NCBI GenBank assembly: GCA_964591255.1
Contig: CAZQAA010000211.1
Coordinates: 1 to 57,987 of the forward strand
Direction of reading: 5' to 3'
Source of the DNA: an uncultured Desulfobacterales bacterium
GTDB lineage: Bacteria; Desulfobacterota; DSM-4660; Desulfatiglandales; Desulfatiglandaceae
Length of the DNA: 57,987 nt
Below, piece by piece: positions 7,954 through 18,078 of this stretch; position 1 is the stretch's first letter; every line of letters begins with the position of its first letter. The position numbers and the translations under genes were made by a program. The notes below the pieces were generated by a model. That model worked only from the letters and a program-made list of their open reading frames with translations, was not told where the DNA came from and did no database searches.

Positions 7954-8418
7954 ATGATCAAGGCCCAGGACATTATGACAAGGGAGGTGATTACTGTTTC
8001 GCCTGAGACACGTATCACACAGGCAGCGAAGATCTTGATTGACAACCACCTGAATGGATTGCCAGTGGTTGATAAAACGGGTAGTTTGAAAGGAATTATT
8101 TGCCAGAACGACTTGATTTTTCAACAAAAGAAGATTCCCCTGCCATCTTTTTTCACTGTCCTGGATGGTTTTCTGCCCCTATCCACTGAAAAAGCTGTCG
8201 ACAGGGAGGTTGAAAAAATAGCTGCGGTTACTGTGGGTGAAGCCATGTCCCATGATCCTGTAACCATTACTCCCGAAACCAGCCTCGAAGATATTGCCAC
8301 CCTGATGGTAAAGAATTCCATACATACCTTGCCTGTCTTGGATAAGGGCAAACTGGTTGGCATTATAGGCAAGGAGGACGTCTTGCGAACGCTTATGCCT
8401 TCTGATGAGGGGCTTTGA
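7954..8418 (+). CDS. CBS-domain pair protein
   Basis: Two CBS repeats are visible (DIMTREVITVSPET...LPVVD and EAMSHDPVTITPET...LPVLD). I prefer the ATG at 7954 because GAGGAGGAG lies just upstream. The ORF track starts at 7939. Confidence 0.75.
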   Translation: MIKAQDIMTREVITVSPETRITQAAKILIDNHLNGLPVVDKTGSLKGIICQNDLIFQQKKIPLPSFFTVLDGFLPLSTEKAVDREVEKIAAVTVGEAMSHDPVTITPETSLEDIATLMVKNSIHTLPVLDKGKLVGIIGKEDVLRTLMPSDEGL

Positions 8419-8458
8419 ATCATACTAATCTGTCTTTTTTTAGAGGGGCAAGGTAGTT

Positions 8459-9559
8459 ATGTATTTTGTTTGGCTGGTCATGATGTGTTTCTTTCCTTCC
8501 ATGGTATATGCCGGTCCGCCAGTCCAAGAGGGAATGCCCCCGCCTGTAGTGAGTGTTGTCACTGTTGAATTGCAGGATATAAATCCAGCCAGGGAGTATG
8601 TAGGTCATGTGCAGGCCATTCAGACAGTGGTCTTGCAGCCTCGGGCAAGGGGATATGTAGAGGAAGTCAGGTTTAAGGATGGTGAATATGTACATAAAGG
8701 AGATATCCTTTATGTGATAGAACAGGATCCCTACAAGGCCGAGATTGAGGCGGATATGGCCAGACTTGCCCAGGCCGAGGCAGAGCTGTTCAAGGCCCAG
8801 CAACATCTGGAGCGGTTGCGGGCCGCACGTCCGGAGAGTGTTCCTGCCACTGATATGGACAATGCAATAGCAGAGAGGGATGCAGCAGATGCAAGGGTAA
8901 AAGAGGCAAAGGCGGTCCTTAGATTGGCGAGGATTAATCTGGGGTATACGCTCATTCATGCCCCGATAAACGGCCGTATTGGTCAAAATTTTTTTACCAT
9001 AGGCAACCTGGTAGGTCCCGATTCAGGTCCTCTGGCACGTATTGTCCAGATGGATCCAATTCGGGTACTTTATCCTGTAAGCGAAAATGATATCGCAGAA
9101 ATACAGACGGCATTGAAGAAGAATATCAGAAAAAGTTCTCTTCTCGTCCCGGATATAAGGTTGCCTGACGGCAGCTTGTATCCAATGGATGGAAAAGTAG
9201 AATTTGTGGATAACCGAGTGGACAGAAAGACCGGGACCATTTCGGTATGGGCCGTTTTCCCTAATCCGGATGGCATTTTGATTCCAGGCATGTATGTGAC
9301 CGTACTGGTAAGAAAAGGGGCACCCCGGATGATACCTGTTGTTCCCCAGTCCGCTGTTCAGGAAGACAAACAGGGGCGCTATGTACTTGTCATTGATAAA
9401 GATAACCGTGTGTCAACAAGACGTGTCCGCACCGGATTAATGGTTGGCACAGCGTGGACGGTGGAAAAGGGTCTGGCGCCTGGTGACAGTGTGATTGTGG
9501 ACGGGATTTTGAAGGTAAGGCCTGGACAGAGAGTAACAGTCAAAAAAGATTCTAAATGA
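8459..9559 (+). CDS. RND efflux periplasmic adaptor (membrane fusion protein, AcrA/MexA-like)
   Basis: It has a signal sequence, a coiled-coil hairpin (AEIEADMARLAQAEAELFKAQQHLERL...) and the INLGYT.I.API.G motif. It overlaps the RND gene by 4 nt. Confidence 0.85.
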   Translation: MYFVWLVMMCFFPSMVYAGPPVQEGMPPPVVSVVTVELQDINPAREYVGHVQAIQTVVLQPRARGYVEEVRFKDGEYVHKGDILYVIEQDPYKAEIEADMARLAQAEAELFKAQQHLERLRAARPESVPATDMDNAIAERDAADARVKEAKAVLRLARINLGYTLIHAPINGRIGQNFFTIGNLVGPDSGPLARIVQMDPIRVLYPVSENDIAEIQTALKKNIRKSSLLVPDIRLPDGSLYPMDGKVEFVDNRVDRKTGTISVWAVFPNPDGILIPGMYVTVLVRKGAPRMIPVVPQSAVQEDKQGRYVLVIDKDNRVSTRRVRTGLMVGTAWTVEKGLAPGDSVIVDGILKVRPGQRVTVKKDSK

Positions 9560-12500
9560 TCTCACTTCTGTTTATAAAAAGGCCCCGGCTGGCTGCCGTA
9601 ATTTCCATTATAATCACCATACTGGGGCTTATTGCCCTGTATAACATACCTGTTGCCCAGTATCCCCAAATTACCCCGCCAGAGATCAGGGTAACCGCAT
9701 TCTATCCTGGTGCTGATGCACAGGTGGTAGCAGATTCGGTTGCCGCACCTATTGAAGAGGAGATTAATGGCGTTGACAAGATGCTTTACATGTCTTCCAC
9801 ATGTGCCAATGACGGCACCTACAGCCTGGGTGTCACCTTTGCAGTAGGCACAGATCCGGACATAGATCAGGTAAACCTGCAGAATCGCCTGCAACTGGCA
9901 ATGCCAAAACTTCCAAAGGAGGTGGTGGAGCAGGGAATAGATATCCGTAAACGATCTTCAAGCATCATGGCCGCAATCAGTTTTTACTCCCCCAATAAGA
10001 CCTGGAATATGCTTTATCTGAGCAATTATGTAAGCAGGAATATAAGGGATGCCCTGGTACGGCTCAGGGGGGTTAGCGATATCCTGATATTTGGAGAAAA
10101 GGAATACAGCATGAGGGTCTGGCTTGACCCTGACCGTTTGACCTCATTGGGCCTTATCCCTGAGGATGTAATAACGGCCATTCGCCAGCAGAATATTCAG
10201 GCCGCTGTGGGTTCTATAGGGGCTGAACCGGTGAAAGAGGCCCAGCAGCTTAAATATACCTTGCGGGCCAAGGGGCGTCTCAAGGATGTTAAGGACTTTG
10301 AGGACATCATTGTACGTACCAATGACAAGGGCGGATTGGTGACCATAAGGGATATTGGCCGGGTGGAACTGGGGGCAAAGACATATAGCCATCAATCAAC
10401 CTTGAACGGCGTACCAGCAGTAACTATTGCTTTGTACAGGACCCCTGGAGCCAATGCCATTAATACTATGGATGAGGTCAGGGAGAAACTCAAACTGTTG
10501 GCAGACCGCATGCCAAAAGATATAAGATACAAAATTATCCTTGATACAACAAAATATGTCTCCGCGGCAGTGCATGAGATAGAGCGTACCCTTTTTATAA
10601 CCTTTTTGCTGGTGGTTGCTATCGTTTATCTGTTTCTTCAGGACTGGCGAGCAACTCTTATTCCCACCCTGGCTGTCCCCGTTTCCTTGATAGGCACCTT
10701 TTCCGTACTTTTGGTGTTGGGCTATAGCGCAAATACGGTATCACTGTTTGCCCTTATACTTGCCATAGGCCTTGTGGTAGATGATGCCATTGTTGTAGTG
10801 GAAAATGTATATCGTGTGATGGAAGAAGAGGGACTACCCAGGGACAGGGCGGCCGTTAAGGCTATGGGGCAAGTTACAGGCCCTATTATTGCAACTACCC
10901 TTGTGCTTTTGGCAGTGTTTGTGCCTGTGGGATTTATGCCCGGAATTACAGGAGAATTATACAAACAGTTTGCAGTAACCATATGCACCTCTGTAGTGAT
11001 ATCTACTATCTGCGCACTTACGTTGAGTCCTGCCCTGTGCGCCACAATCCTGAAAATGCCAGACCCCGTAAGGCATGGCCCCCTTGCCTGGTTTAATAAA
11101 GGCCTTAATATTACGCGCAGGGCATACATATCCTGCTCCGCATGGCTTATCCGGAAAATGATAATTGCTTTTCTCTTATTCGTTGTCATTATTGGCGGTT
11201 CATATCTCCTTTTTTCAAGACTCCCTACCAGTTTTTTACCATTAGAGGACCAGGGCTATTTCTTTTTTAATTGCCAGCTTCCAGAGGCCGCTTCACTGGC
11301 CAGGACCAGCGGGGTTATTGCAAATATCAGTGAAGAAATCAGGAAAATCCAGGGAGTTAGTAATGTAATCGGCGTCAGCGGTTTCAGTTTCCTGAGCGGA
11401 AATGCAGATAATGTGGGATTCGGCGTTGTGATCCTTGACCCATGGAATAGACGCAAGGTCCCCGGGCTCAGACTGTCTTCTATAATAGGCAAGTCCCAGG
11501 CAATAATGTCCTCTATTTCCTCTGCAAACATGTTTGCATTTCCACCACCCGCCATACTGGGACTGGGCACTACAGGCGGCTTTGATTTCAGGCTCCAGGC
11601 CACAGGTGATCAGGACCCTCAAAAGCTGGCATCAGTGATGCGGGCCATGGTTATTGCGGCCAACATGGATCCTGTCCTTAGCAAGGTATTTTGTACCTAC
11701 CGGGCAAATACGCCGCATATTTATGTCAAACTTGATCGGGCAAAGGCGGAGACCCTGCGTGTCCCTGTAAGCAGGATATACTCCATCTTGCAGGCATACC
11801 TTGGTTCTCTTTATGTGAATGATTTTAATCTCTATGGAAGAGTCTATCATGTAAAGGTGCAGGCAGAGGGCAGCTACAGGGATGATTATGAAGATATAAA
11901 AAGGATATATGTTCGAAGCTGTAACGGCGACATGGTGCCAATGAGAAGTATTGCTACCATGACTACTATGCTGGCACCCCAGCTGGTCTATCGATATAAT
12001 CAGTTTGCCAGCGTACAGATCAATGGACAGGCCGCACCTGGCCACAGCTCGGGTGAGGCAATGGCGGCCATGGAGGGGATAGCCGCCAAGGTCCTGCCAG
12101 AAGGTTATACATATGATTGGTCATCCATGTCTTTCCAGGAAAAAAAGACGGGTGGCCAGGTACTGATACTATTTATGATGGCCATGATATTTGGTTACCT
12201 CTTTCTTGTTGGGCAATACGAGAGCTGGAGTATGCCGGTCCCAATCATTCTTTATGTCCCGGTTGCCAGCCTTGGTGCCTTAATAGGGCTCTGGGTGTCA
12301 GGGTTGAGCCTAAGCATATATGCCCAGATAGGCCTTGTCCTGCTGGTGGGACTGGCCAGCAAGAACGCTATCCTTATTGTGGAATTTGCAAGGGATTGTA
12401 GGGAACAGGAGGGGTTATCTGTTATGGATGCAGCCCTGAATGGTATTAGAATACGCTTCAGGCCTGTCTTGATGACGGCATTTACATTTATCATGGGAGT

Positions 12501-12678
12501 CGCCCCGATGTTGACGGCTACAGGGGCCGGGGCATATAGCCGGCGCCATATCGGCACTACAGTATTTTCAGGTATGATGATGGCCACTATAATGGGTATC
12601 CTGCTAATACCGGTACTTTTTTATGCTTTTCAATCCCTCAGGGAACATATCAAGGCGTGGCGCATCCGCCGTAAATAG
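9556..12678 (+). CDS. RND multidrug efflux permease (HAE1, AcrB/MexB-like)
   Basis: The protein is 1040 aa. The N-terminus reads FIKRPRLAAVISIIITILGL. The typical 12-TM pattern with two large periplasmic loops is present, including VVDDAIVVVENV. Confidence 0.9.
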   Translation: MISLLFIKRPRLAAVISIIITILGLIALYNIPVAQYPQITPPEIRVTAFYPGADAQVVADSVAAPIEEEINGVDKMLYMSSTCANDGTYSLGVTFAVGTDPDIDQVNLQNRLQLAMPKLPKEVVEQGIDIRKRSSSIMAAISFYSPNKTWNMLYLSNYVSRNIRDALVRLRGVSDILIFGEKEYSMRVWLDPDRLTSLGLIPEDVITAIRQQNIQAAVGSIGAEPVKEAQQLKYTLRAKGRLKDVKDFEDIIVRTNDKGGLVTIRDIGRVELGAKTYSHQSTLNGVPAVTIALYRTPGANAINTMDEVREKLKLLADRMPKDIRYKIILDTTKYVSAAVHEIERTLFITFLLVVAIVYLFLQDWRATLIPTLAVPVSLIGTFSVLLVLGYSANTVSLFALILAIGLVVDDAIVVVENVYRVMEEEGLPRDRAAVKAMGQVTGPIIATTLVLLAVFVPVGFMPGITGELYKQFAVTICTSVVISTICALTLSPALCATILKMPDPVRHGPLAWFNKGLNITRRAYISCSAWLIRKMIIAFLLFVVIIGGSYLLFSRLPTSFLPLEDQGYFFFNCQLPEAASLARTSGVIANISEEIRKIQGVSNVIGVSGFSFLSGNADNVGFGVVILDPWNRRKVPGLRLSSIIGKSQAIMSSISSANMFAFPPPAILGLGTTGGFDFRLQATGDQDPQKLASVMRAMVIAANMDPVLSKVFCTYRANTPHIYVKLDRAKAETLRVPVSRIYSILQAYLGSLYVNDFNLYGRVYHVKVQAEGSYRDDYEDIKRIYVRSCNGDMVPMRSIATMTTMLAPQLVYRYNQFASVQINGQAAPGHSSGEAMAAMEGIAAKVLPEGYTYDWSSMSFQEKKTGGQVLILFMMAMIFGYLFLVGQYESWSMPVPIILYVPVASLGALIGLWVSGLSLSIYAQIGLVLLVGLASKNAILIVEFARDCREQEGLSVMDAALNGIRIRFRPVLMTAFTFIMGVAPMLTATGAGAYSRRHIGTTVFSGMMMATIMGILLIPVLFYAFQSLREHIKAWRIRRK

Positions 12679-12687
12679 AGGACTCAC

Positions 12688-14082
12688 ATGAAGCAATTAT
12701 CCATCTTAATAATGACTATCTTCTTTATGGGGTGTGCAGCTGTTGGCCCGGATTACACGCCAATTAGACCTGATGCTCCAGACAGATGGCATAGTCCGCT
12801 CAAATCGGGTTTGAGTATGAAGGCGCCTGATCAAAAAATGCTGGATAGTTGGTGGACCATATTGGACGACCCGATACTCATCAGATTAGAAGAGCAGGCA
12901 GTCAAGGGAAACCTTGATCTTAAAGACGCCCTGGCCAGGGTAAAGGAGGCGCGTGCTGCCAGGGGGATAGAAAAGGCGGATTTATATCCCCATCTGGATG
13001 TCGATGGATCCGTTGCAAGGCAGCGGGAGATCAAAGATACCCAGTATTCATTCGGCCTGGATTCCAGTTGGGAGATAGATATATTTGGGGGTATAAGGAG
13101 ATCTGTGGAGGCGGCACAGGCCGAACTCGAGGCGGCACAAGCCGAACTTCAGGATATACTTGTTACCCTTACTGCTGATGTAGCCCTGAATTATATGGAT
13201 GTGCGTACTTATCAGGCGCGGCTGGCAGCAGTCTATTCCAATATCAAGGCCCAGGAGGAGATCTACCGGTTAAACCGTTCCCGCTATGAAGCAGGTCTCA
13301 TCGATGAGCTTGCAGTGCAGCAGTCCTTGTATACTCTGGAACAGACCCGCTCCCAGATACCTGTGCTCCAGCGGGGGTGTGATGCTGCAATGAATCGTAT
13401 TGCGGTCCTTTTGGGTCTGCAGCCCGGATCAATACACAGGGAATTGAAGGAATTAAGACCTGTGCCATCACCTCCCTGGTCTGTTGCCATAGGCATACCT
13501 GCTGACGCCTTGAGACGACGGCCGGACGTCCGTAAGGCAGAAAGGGAGCTTGCTGCTGCCACGGCAAGAATAGGAGAAGCAAAGGCAGAGCTTTATCCCA
13601 AGTTCGATCTGTTGGGTACCATAGGACTGGAGGCTGTGGGAAGCAAGGATCTCTGGGACTGGGCCAGCCGTACCTGGAAGATAGATCAGGGTATCACCTG
13701 GAAGATATTTCATGCAGGCGCAATACGTCAGAACATAAAGGTGCAGACCGCGCGGCAGGAACAGGCCTTGATTCAATATCAGGACACTGTCCTTAATGCC
13801 CTTGAAGAGGTAGAAAATGCCATTGTCGCATACACCAAGGAGTTTCGGCGTATGGATTCCCTGAAAAAGGCGGTAAAGGCGGCTGGCACAGCTCTTGATC
13901 TGGCCAAGAGTAAGTACAGGGCAGGCCTTGTGGACTTCAGTGACGTGATGGATGCAGAACGCTCTCTCCAAGGGTTGCAAGATGAATTGGCCTCCAGTCA
14001 GGGTGAATCTATGTCGGATCTGATACGTTTATATAAGGCCCTTGGTGGCGGCTGGGTATGTTCCAAAGATTTGGTGCACTGA
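12688..14082 (+). CDS. Outer-membrane efflux lipoprotein (NodT/OprM family OMF)
   Basis: A lipobox is present (FFMGC/AAVGPDY). The family motifs WW..L.D..L and LY.ALGGGW sit at the C-terminus. Confidence 0.85.
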   Translation: MKQLSILIMTIFFMGCAAVGPDYTPIRPDAPDRWHSPLKSGLSMKAPDQKMLDSWWTILDDPILIRLEEQAVKGNLDLKDALARVKEARAARGIEKADLYPHLDVDGSVARQREIKDTQYSFGLDSSWEIDIFGGIRRSVEAAQAELEAAQAELQDILVTLTADVALNYMDVRTYQARLAAVYSNIKAQEEIYRLNRSRYEAGLIDELAVQQSLYTLEQTRSQIPVLQRGCDAAMNRIAVLLGLQPGSIHRELKELRPVPSPPWSVAIGIPADALRRRPDVRKAERELAAATARIGEAKAELYPKFDLLGTIGLEAVGSKDLWDWASRTWKIDQGITWKIFHAGAIRQNIKVQTARQEQALIQYQDTVLNALEEVENAIVAYTKEFRRMDSLKKAVKAAGTALDLAKSKYRAGLVDFSDVMDAERSLQGLQDELASSQGESMSDLIRLYKALGGGWVCSKDLVH

Positions 14083-15374
14083 TGGGAAAGAAATACGATC
14101 CTGATAAGGTAGAGGATATCCTGGGCCTGGACAGGGCTTGGAGGCGCAAAAGAGGCCTATGGATAGTGTTGATATCTCTTTTTGTGCTGTTGCTATCCAT
14201 AGGTGCGTGGAACAGATACATTTCTGACAGAAACCATGGCCGCATACATTATAAGACCCAGGAAGCAAGACGGGGTGATCTGACAGTAACCGTGACGGCT
14301 ACCGGCACCCTCTTTGCTCTCAATCAGGTGGATGTGGGGATAGAGGTTTCCGGTACCATAGAGCATATATATGTAGACTACAACGATCATGTACACGTTG
14401 ATCAGGTCCTTGCGCGTCTGGATACATCCAAACTGGATGCCCAGGTGTTGCAGGCAAGAGCACAGTTGGAATCAGCAAAAGCTGCCGTTTTGAAGGCAAA
14501 AGCAGAAATGAAACAGGCAAAAAGTAAAATGGAGGACATGAAACAGGCATGGGAATTGACCAAAGGCAAGGTGCCGTCACAGGTGGAGATGGATATTGCA
14601 GAGGCTGCTCTCATGGCTGCCCTATCCGGCGTGGCGATGGCCGATGCAGAGGTGTCCAAGGCCGATGCCTCGCTAAAATTTTATGAAACGGAGCTTTCCA
14701 AGGCCGTTATTCGTTCGCCCATAAATGGAATTGTATTAGCCAAACACGTTGAGGTTGGACAGACCATAGCGGCCACATTTCAGACACCGGTCCTTTTCAC
14801 GCTGGCTGAAGACCTGAAAGAGATGGAACTCCATGTAGATGTGGATGAAGCCGATGTTGGACAGGTGAGGGCAGGACAGGAGGCGACATTTGCCGTGGAT
14901 GCCTATCCCGACTCCAGGTTCCCTGCAAAGGTGATGGAAGTTCGTTTTTTTCCCAAGACGGTTGAAGGGGTAGTTACATATGAAACCCTGCTTTCTGTTG
15001 ACAACTCGGATTTGTCCCTGCGGCCTGGAATGACGGCGACCGCTGATATTGTGGTAAAACGAGTGAAGGATGCCCTGTTGATACCGAATGCAGCGCTTCG
15101 CTTTACCCCGCTGAAGCCACAAAAGGTTATAAAAGAAAAACGTGGATTGCTAGGTGCCTTTCTCCCTCATCGTCCAAGACGTGCGCCTCCTGAAAAGGGA
15201 GAGGAGATCCCCCTGAAAAGAGGGGAGCGCCTCGTATGGATCCTTAGGGATGGAAAACCCGTTTCCATTCCCATTAGGCTTGGAGGGACTGACGGCAAAG
15301 TGACCGAGGTTGTTGCAGGCGATATAAAGCCGGGAATGTCTCTCCTGATCGAAATGGTGATCTCCGGGAAATGA
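14082..15374 (+). CDS. HlyD/MacA-like periplasmic adaptor for the ABC pump
   Basis: One N-terminal TM is followed by a long coiled coil (LDAQVLQARAQLESAKAAVLKAKAEMKQAK) and a beta-barrel motif, I.SPING.V. I prefer the ATG at 14082, which overlaps the OMF stop as TGATG. The ORF track starts at 14058. Confidence 0.8.
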   Translation: MGKKYDPDKVEDILGLDRAWRRKRGLWIVLISLFVLLLSIGAWNRYISDRNHGRIHYKTQEARRGDLTVTVTATGTLFALNQVDVGIEVSGTIEHIYVDYNDHVHVDQVLARLDTSKLDAQVLQARAQLESAKAAVLKAKAEMKQAKSKMEDMKQAWELTKGKVPSQVEMDIAEAALMAALSGVAMADAEVSKADASLKFYETELSKAVIRSPINGIVLAKHVEVGQTIAATFQTPVLFTLAEDLKEMELHVDVDEADVGQVRAGQEATFAVDAYPDSRFPAKVMEVRFFPKTVEGVVTYETLLSVDNSDLSLRPGMTATADIVVKRVKDALLIPNAALRFTPLKPQKVIKEKRGLLGAFLPHRPRRAPPEKGEEIPLKRGERLVWILRDGKPVSIPIRLGGTDGKVTEVVAGDIKPGMSLLIEMVISGK

Positions 15375-16087
15375 ACAAAGGACATAATAATGAAGAAAAA
15401 TTCCTTATGGAGCTTAAGGGTATTACCAAGATCTATGGTAGCGGGCGTGCGTCCATGCAGGCTCTAAGGGGAATTGATTTAAGGATCAGCGAGGGTGATT
15501 TTGTGGCAGTGATGGGGGCGAGCGGTTCGGGCAAGTCTACCTGTCTGAATATTATGGGTTGCCTGGACACACCCACATCGGGATTTTATCTGTTCAGGGG
15601 GATTGAGGTGGGAAGCCTCAACCGTAACGAGCGGGCGCTTCTTCGCAGACACTTCTTCGGTTTTATTTTTCAAGGCTATAATCTGCTTGACCGTACCTCG
15701 GCCCTTGAAAATGTCGAACTCCCTTTGATCTATCGTGGATTTCATACCCGAAAAAGGCGTTCAGAAGCACTTGAAGCACTTGAGGCAGTGGGGTTACAAG
15801 GATGGGAAGGTCATACCCCTGCCGAGCTTTCGGGTGGCCAGCAACAGCGCGTGGCGATTGCCCGGGCCATTGTAACCAATCCTTCGGTTCTGCTGGCCGA
15901 TGAACCTACCGGAAATCTGGATACTGCCAGAAGTCTTGAGATTATGGATCTTCTCTCCCTTTTGAATCGGGAGAAGGGATTAACCATTGTTATGGTAACA
16001 CACGAACAGGATATGGCGGCCTATGCAAAAACAAGGATCCGTTTTGTAGACGGACTGATTGCAGAGTCCTGGCCGGAAGGGGTGTGA
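15371..16087 (+). CDS. ABC transporter ATP-binding protein (MacB/LolD/FtsE-type)
   Basis: Walker A is GASGSGKST, the signature is LSGGQQQRVAIARA and Walker B is LLADEPTGNLD. The start overlaps the upstream stop as ATGA. Confidence 0.9.
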   Translation: MNKGHNNEEKFLMELKGITKIYGSGRASMQALRGIDLRISEGDFVAVMGASGSGKSTCLNIMGCLDTPTSGFYLFRGIEVGSLNRNERALLRRHFFGFIFQGYNLLDRTSALENVELPLIYRGFHTRKRRSEALEALEAVGLQGWEGHTPAELSGGQQQRVAIARAIVTNPSVLLADEPTGNLDTARSLEIMDLLSLLNREKGLTIVMVTHEQDMAAYAKTRIRFVDGLIAESWPEGV

Positions 16088-17301
16088 TGATGCTCTGGAA
16101 TGTCTTCTTGCTGGCCTTGCGGGAGATTCGCCGGAATATAATGCGTTCATCTCTGACCTCCCTCGGCATTATTATCGGCGTTGCTGCGGTGATCACTATG
16201 GTTACCCTGGGAAGTGGTGCCACTGAAAAGGTCAAGACACAGATTGGAAGCCTCGGGATCAATCTCATCCAGTTGCGGCTAGGTCAGGGTTTTAGGGGAC
16301 ACGGCGGCATTCGGGAAGAGGTGTCTCCTTTTCATGTGGAAGATGCTGAAGCTGTTAAGAGAGAGGTGGCAGGAATCAGTTCAGTCGCTCCTGCTGCAGA
16401 AATGGCAACTCAGGCAATTTACGGAAACCGGAATTGGTCAACCTTGGTCAAGGGAAGTACGAACGGGTTTATGAAAGTACGGGACTGGCCGGTTGACAAG
16501 GGGCGGCAATTTACAGAGGGAGAGCTCAGGGGGGGAGCGGCAGTCTGTATCTTGGGAAGCACAGTCTCCAGGGAGCTCTTTGGTGATGAAGATCCCTTAG
16601 GGAAAGTTATTCGTTTAAAGAAACTGGCCTTTCGGGTCATAGGGGTGTTCAGGGCGAAAGGACAATCCACATTCGGCAGGGATCAGGATGACTTTATACT
16701 CATTCCTCTTCGTACGTTTCAGCGTCGCATGGCGGGTAATGCGGATGTCACCTGTGTGTATATATCGGTACGCGACGGATTTTCTATTGACAGGGCAAAA
16801 CAGGATATTGAAAGACTCATGCGGGAGCGCCGTCACATCTCCCGGGGGAAGGACGATGATTTTTTTGTACTGGATATGCGGGAGATAGAGGATATTCTAT
16901 CAGGGACTACGAAGGTTCTCACATCATTACTCGGTGCGGTTGCAGCCGTAAGTCTCCTTGTGGGCGGTATAGGCATCATGAATATTATGCTCGTCTCCGT
17001 GACCGAACGGACACGGGAAATAGGCACCAGGCTGGCCATCGGGGCACTGGAGCATGAAGTGCTCCTGCAGTTTTTGGTCGAGGCCGTGGTCCTTTCCTCC
17101 CTGGGAGGGATTATAGGTGTTATCCTTGCCATAGCCGTTTCAGCCTGGCTCGCTGGGATCTTATTGGTCCCTTTTATTGTTAATCCCGATATTATCATTA
17201 TTGCGTTCGCCTTTTCGGTGGCAGTTGGGATCTGTTTCGGCTATTTTCCGGCCCGCAAGGCCGCCCGCCTCGACCCAATAGAGGCATTACGCCACGAATA
17301 A
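16084..17301 (+). CDS. ABC transporter permease, MacB/FtsX-type with periplasmic domain
   Basis: The protein is 405 aa. One TM is followed by a large periplasmic domain and then the FtsX core (GGIGIMNIMLVSVTERTREIG.R.A.GA). It overlaps the ATPase stop. Confidence 0.85.
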   Translation: MMMLWNVFLLALREIRRNIMRSSLTSLGIIIGVAAVITMVTLGSGATEKVKTQIGSLGINLIQLRLGQGFRGHGGIREEVSPFHVEDAEAVKREVAGISSVAPAAEMATQAIYGNRNWSTLVKGSTNGFMKVRDWPVDKGRQFTEGELRGGAAVCILGSTVSRELFGDEDPLGKVIRLKKLAFRVIGVFRAKGQSTFGRDQDDFILIPLRTFQRRMAGNADVTCVYISVRDGFSIDRAKQDIERLMRERRHISRGKDDDFFVLDMREIEDILSGTTKVLTSLLGAVAAVSLLVGGIGIMNIMLVSVTERTREIGTRLAIGALEHEVLLQFLVEAVVLSSLGGIIGVILAIAVSAWLAGILLVPFIVNPDIIIIAFAFSVAVGICFGYFPARKAARLDPIEALRHE

Positions 17302-17508
17302 TCCGGGCCATTATAATTTCAATCTGCGTCATGGGCCGCTGAACGGGAAGCAGCCATTCTGTTTTCTTATCGGGCTATTACGAAGGTACATCAATAGGAT
17401 ATATATGATATTTGGTCGTGTGCTCACCTCTTGACTACTGAAAGAGAATGATTAACTTTTGGACGAATGAAAGAAATAAAATAAAAAGACAAAATGTTGT
17501 AAAAGGAG

Positions 17509-17967
17509 GTGAGAAAAATGACAAGGATGTTGGATCTTATACCACGGACCAATTCACTCTTTCCATCAATTTTTCCAAGGAGAGACCTGTTTGATCGTTT
17601 CTTCGAGGACTTTAATATGCCTTCCCTGTTCGAGGATGACAGGGAATGGGTTCCGGCCTTTGATATAAGTGAGAATGAAAAAGAATACATTGTGACTGCA
17701 GAATTGCCTGGAATTGATACGAAAGATCTTGACGTGACTCTCTCAGATGGTATCCTTACCGTTAAAGGAGAGAAGAAAGAGGAAAAGGAAGATAAGGGCA
17801 AAGATTATCACAGGATCGAAAGGCGTTACGGATCGTTTCACAGGAGCTTTCAGATCCCTGGAGAAATCAAGGCAGACAAGGTAGATGCCTCCTATAAAAA
17901 CGGGATTCTCAAGCTGACTCTTCCCAAGGCAGAGTCAAGTGTAACCAAGAAGATAGAGATCAAATAA
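17509..17967 (+). CDS. Small heat-shock protein, Hsp20/alpha-crystallin family
   Basis: The alpha-crystallin core reads PAFDISENEKEYIVTAELPGIDTKDLDVTLSDGILTVKGEKK...SFHRSFQIP...A.YKNGIL.L.LPK. A strong RBS (AAGGAGGTGA) is present. Confidence 0.9.
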   Translation: MRKMTRMLDLIPRTNSLFPSIFPRRDLFDRFFEDFNMPSLFEDDREWVPAFDISENEKEYIVTAELPGIDTKDLDVTLSDGILTVKGEKKEEKEDKGKDYHRIERRYGSFHRSFQIPGEIKADKVDASYKNGILKLTLPKAESSVTKKIEIK

Positions 17968-18011
17968 GGGATATTAAGCTCTCCTATTGTTGAAGTCAGC
18001 AGTTTTAATAA

Positions 18012-18068
18012 GGGGCGCCGTTTAAAAATCGAGATGATTTTTTGGCGACGCCCCCATTTTTTTCTTTA
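18012..18068 (+). terminator. Rho-independent terminator after hsp20
   Basis: A long imperfect hairpin: GGGGCG (18012-18017) pairs with CGCCCC (18049-18054), and an inner AAAAATC/GATTTTT stem adds to it. A run of 7 T residues follows (18057-18063). Confidence 0.6.
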
Positions 18069-18078
18069 TTTTTAGGAT

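Noticed and set aside
17302-17508. Heat-shock control elements upstream of hsp20: a CIRCE inverted repeat, sigma-32 CTTGAAA/CCCCAT, or a sigma-54 -24/-12 element.
   Set aside because: The only candidate is TTGACT at 17431-17436, and no convincing -10 hexamer follows at 16-18 nt. No CIRCE-like repeat or GG-N10-GC motif is present.
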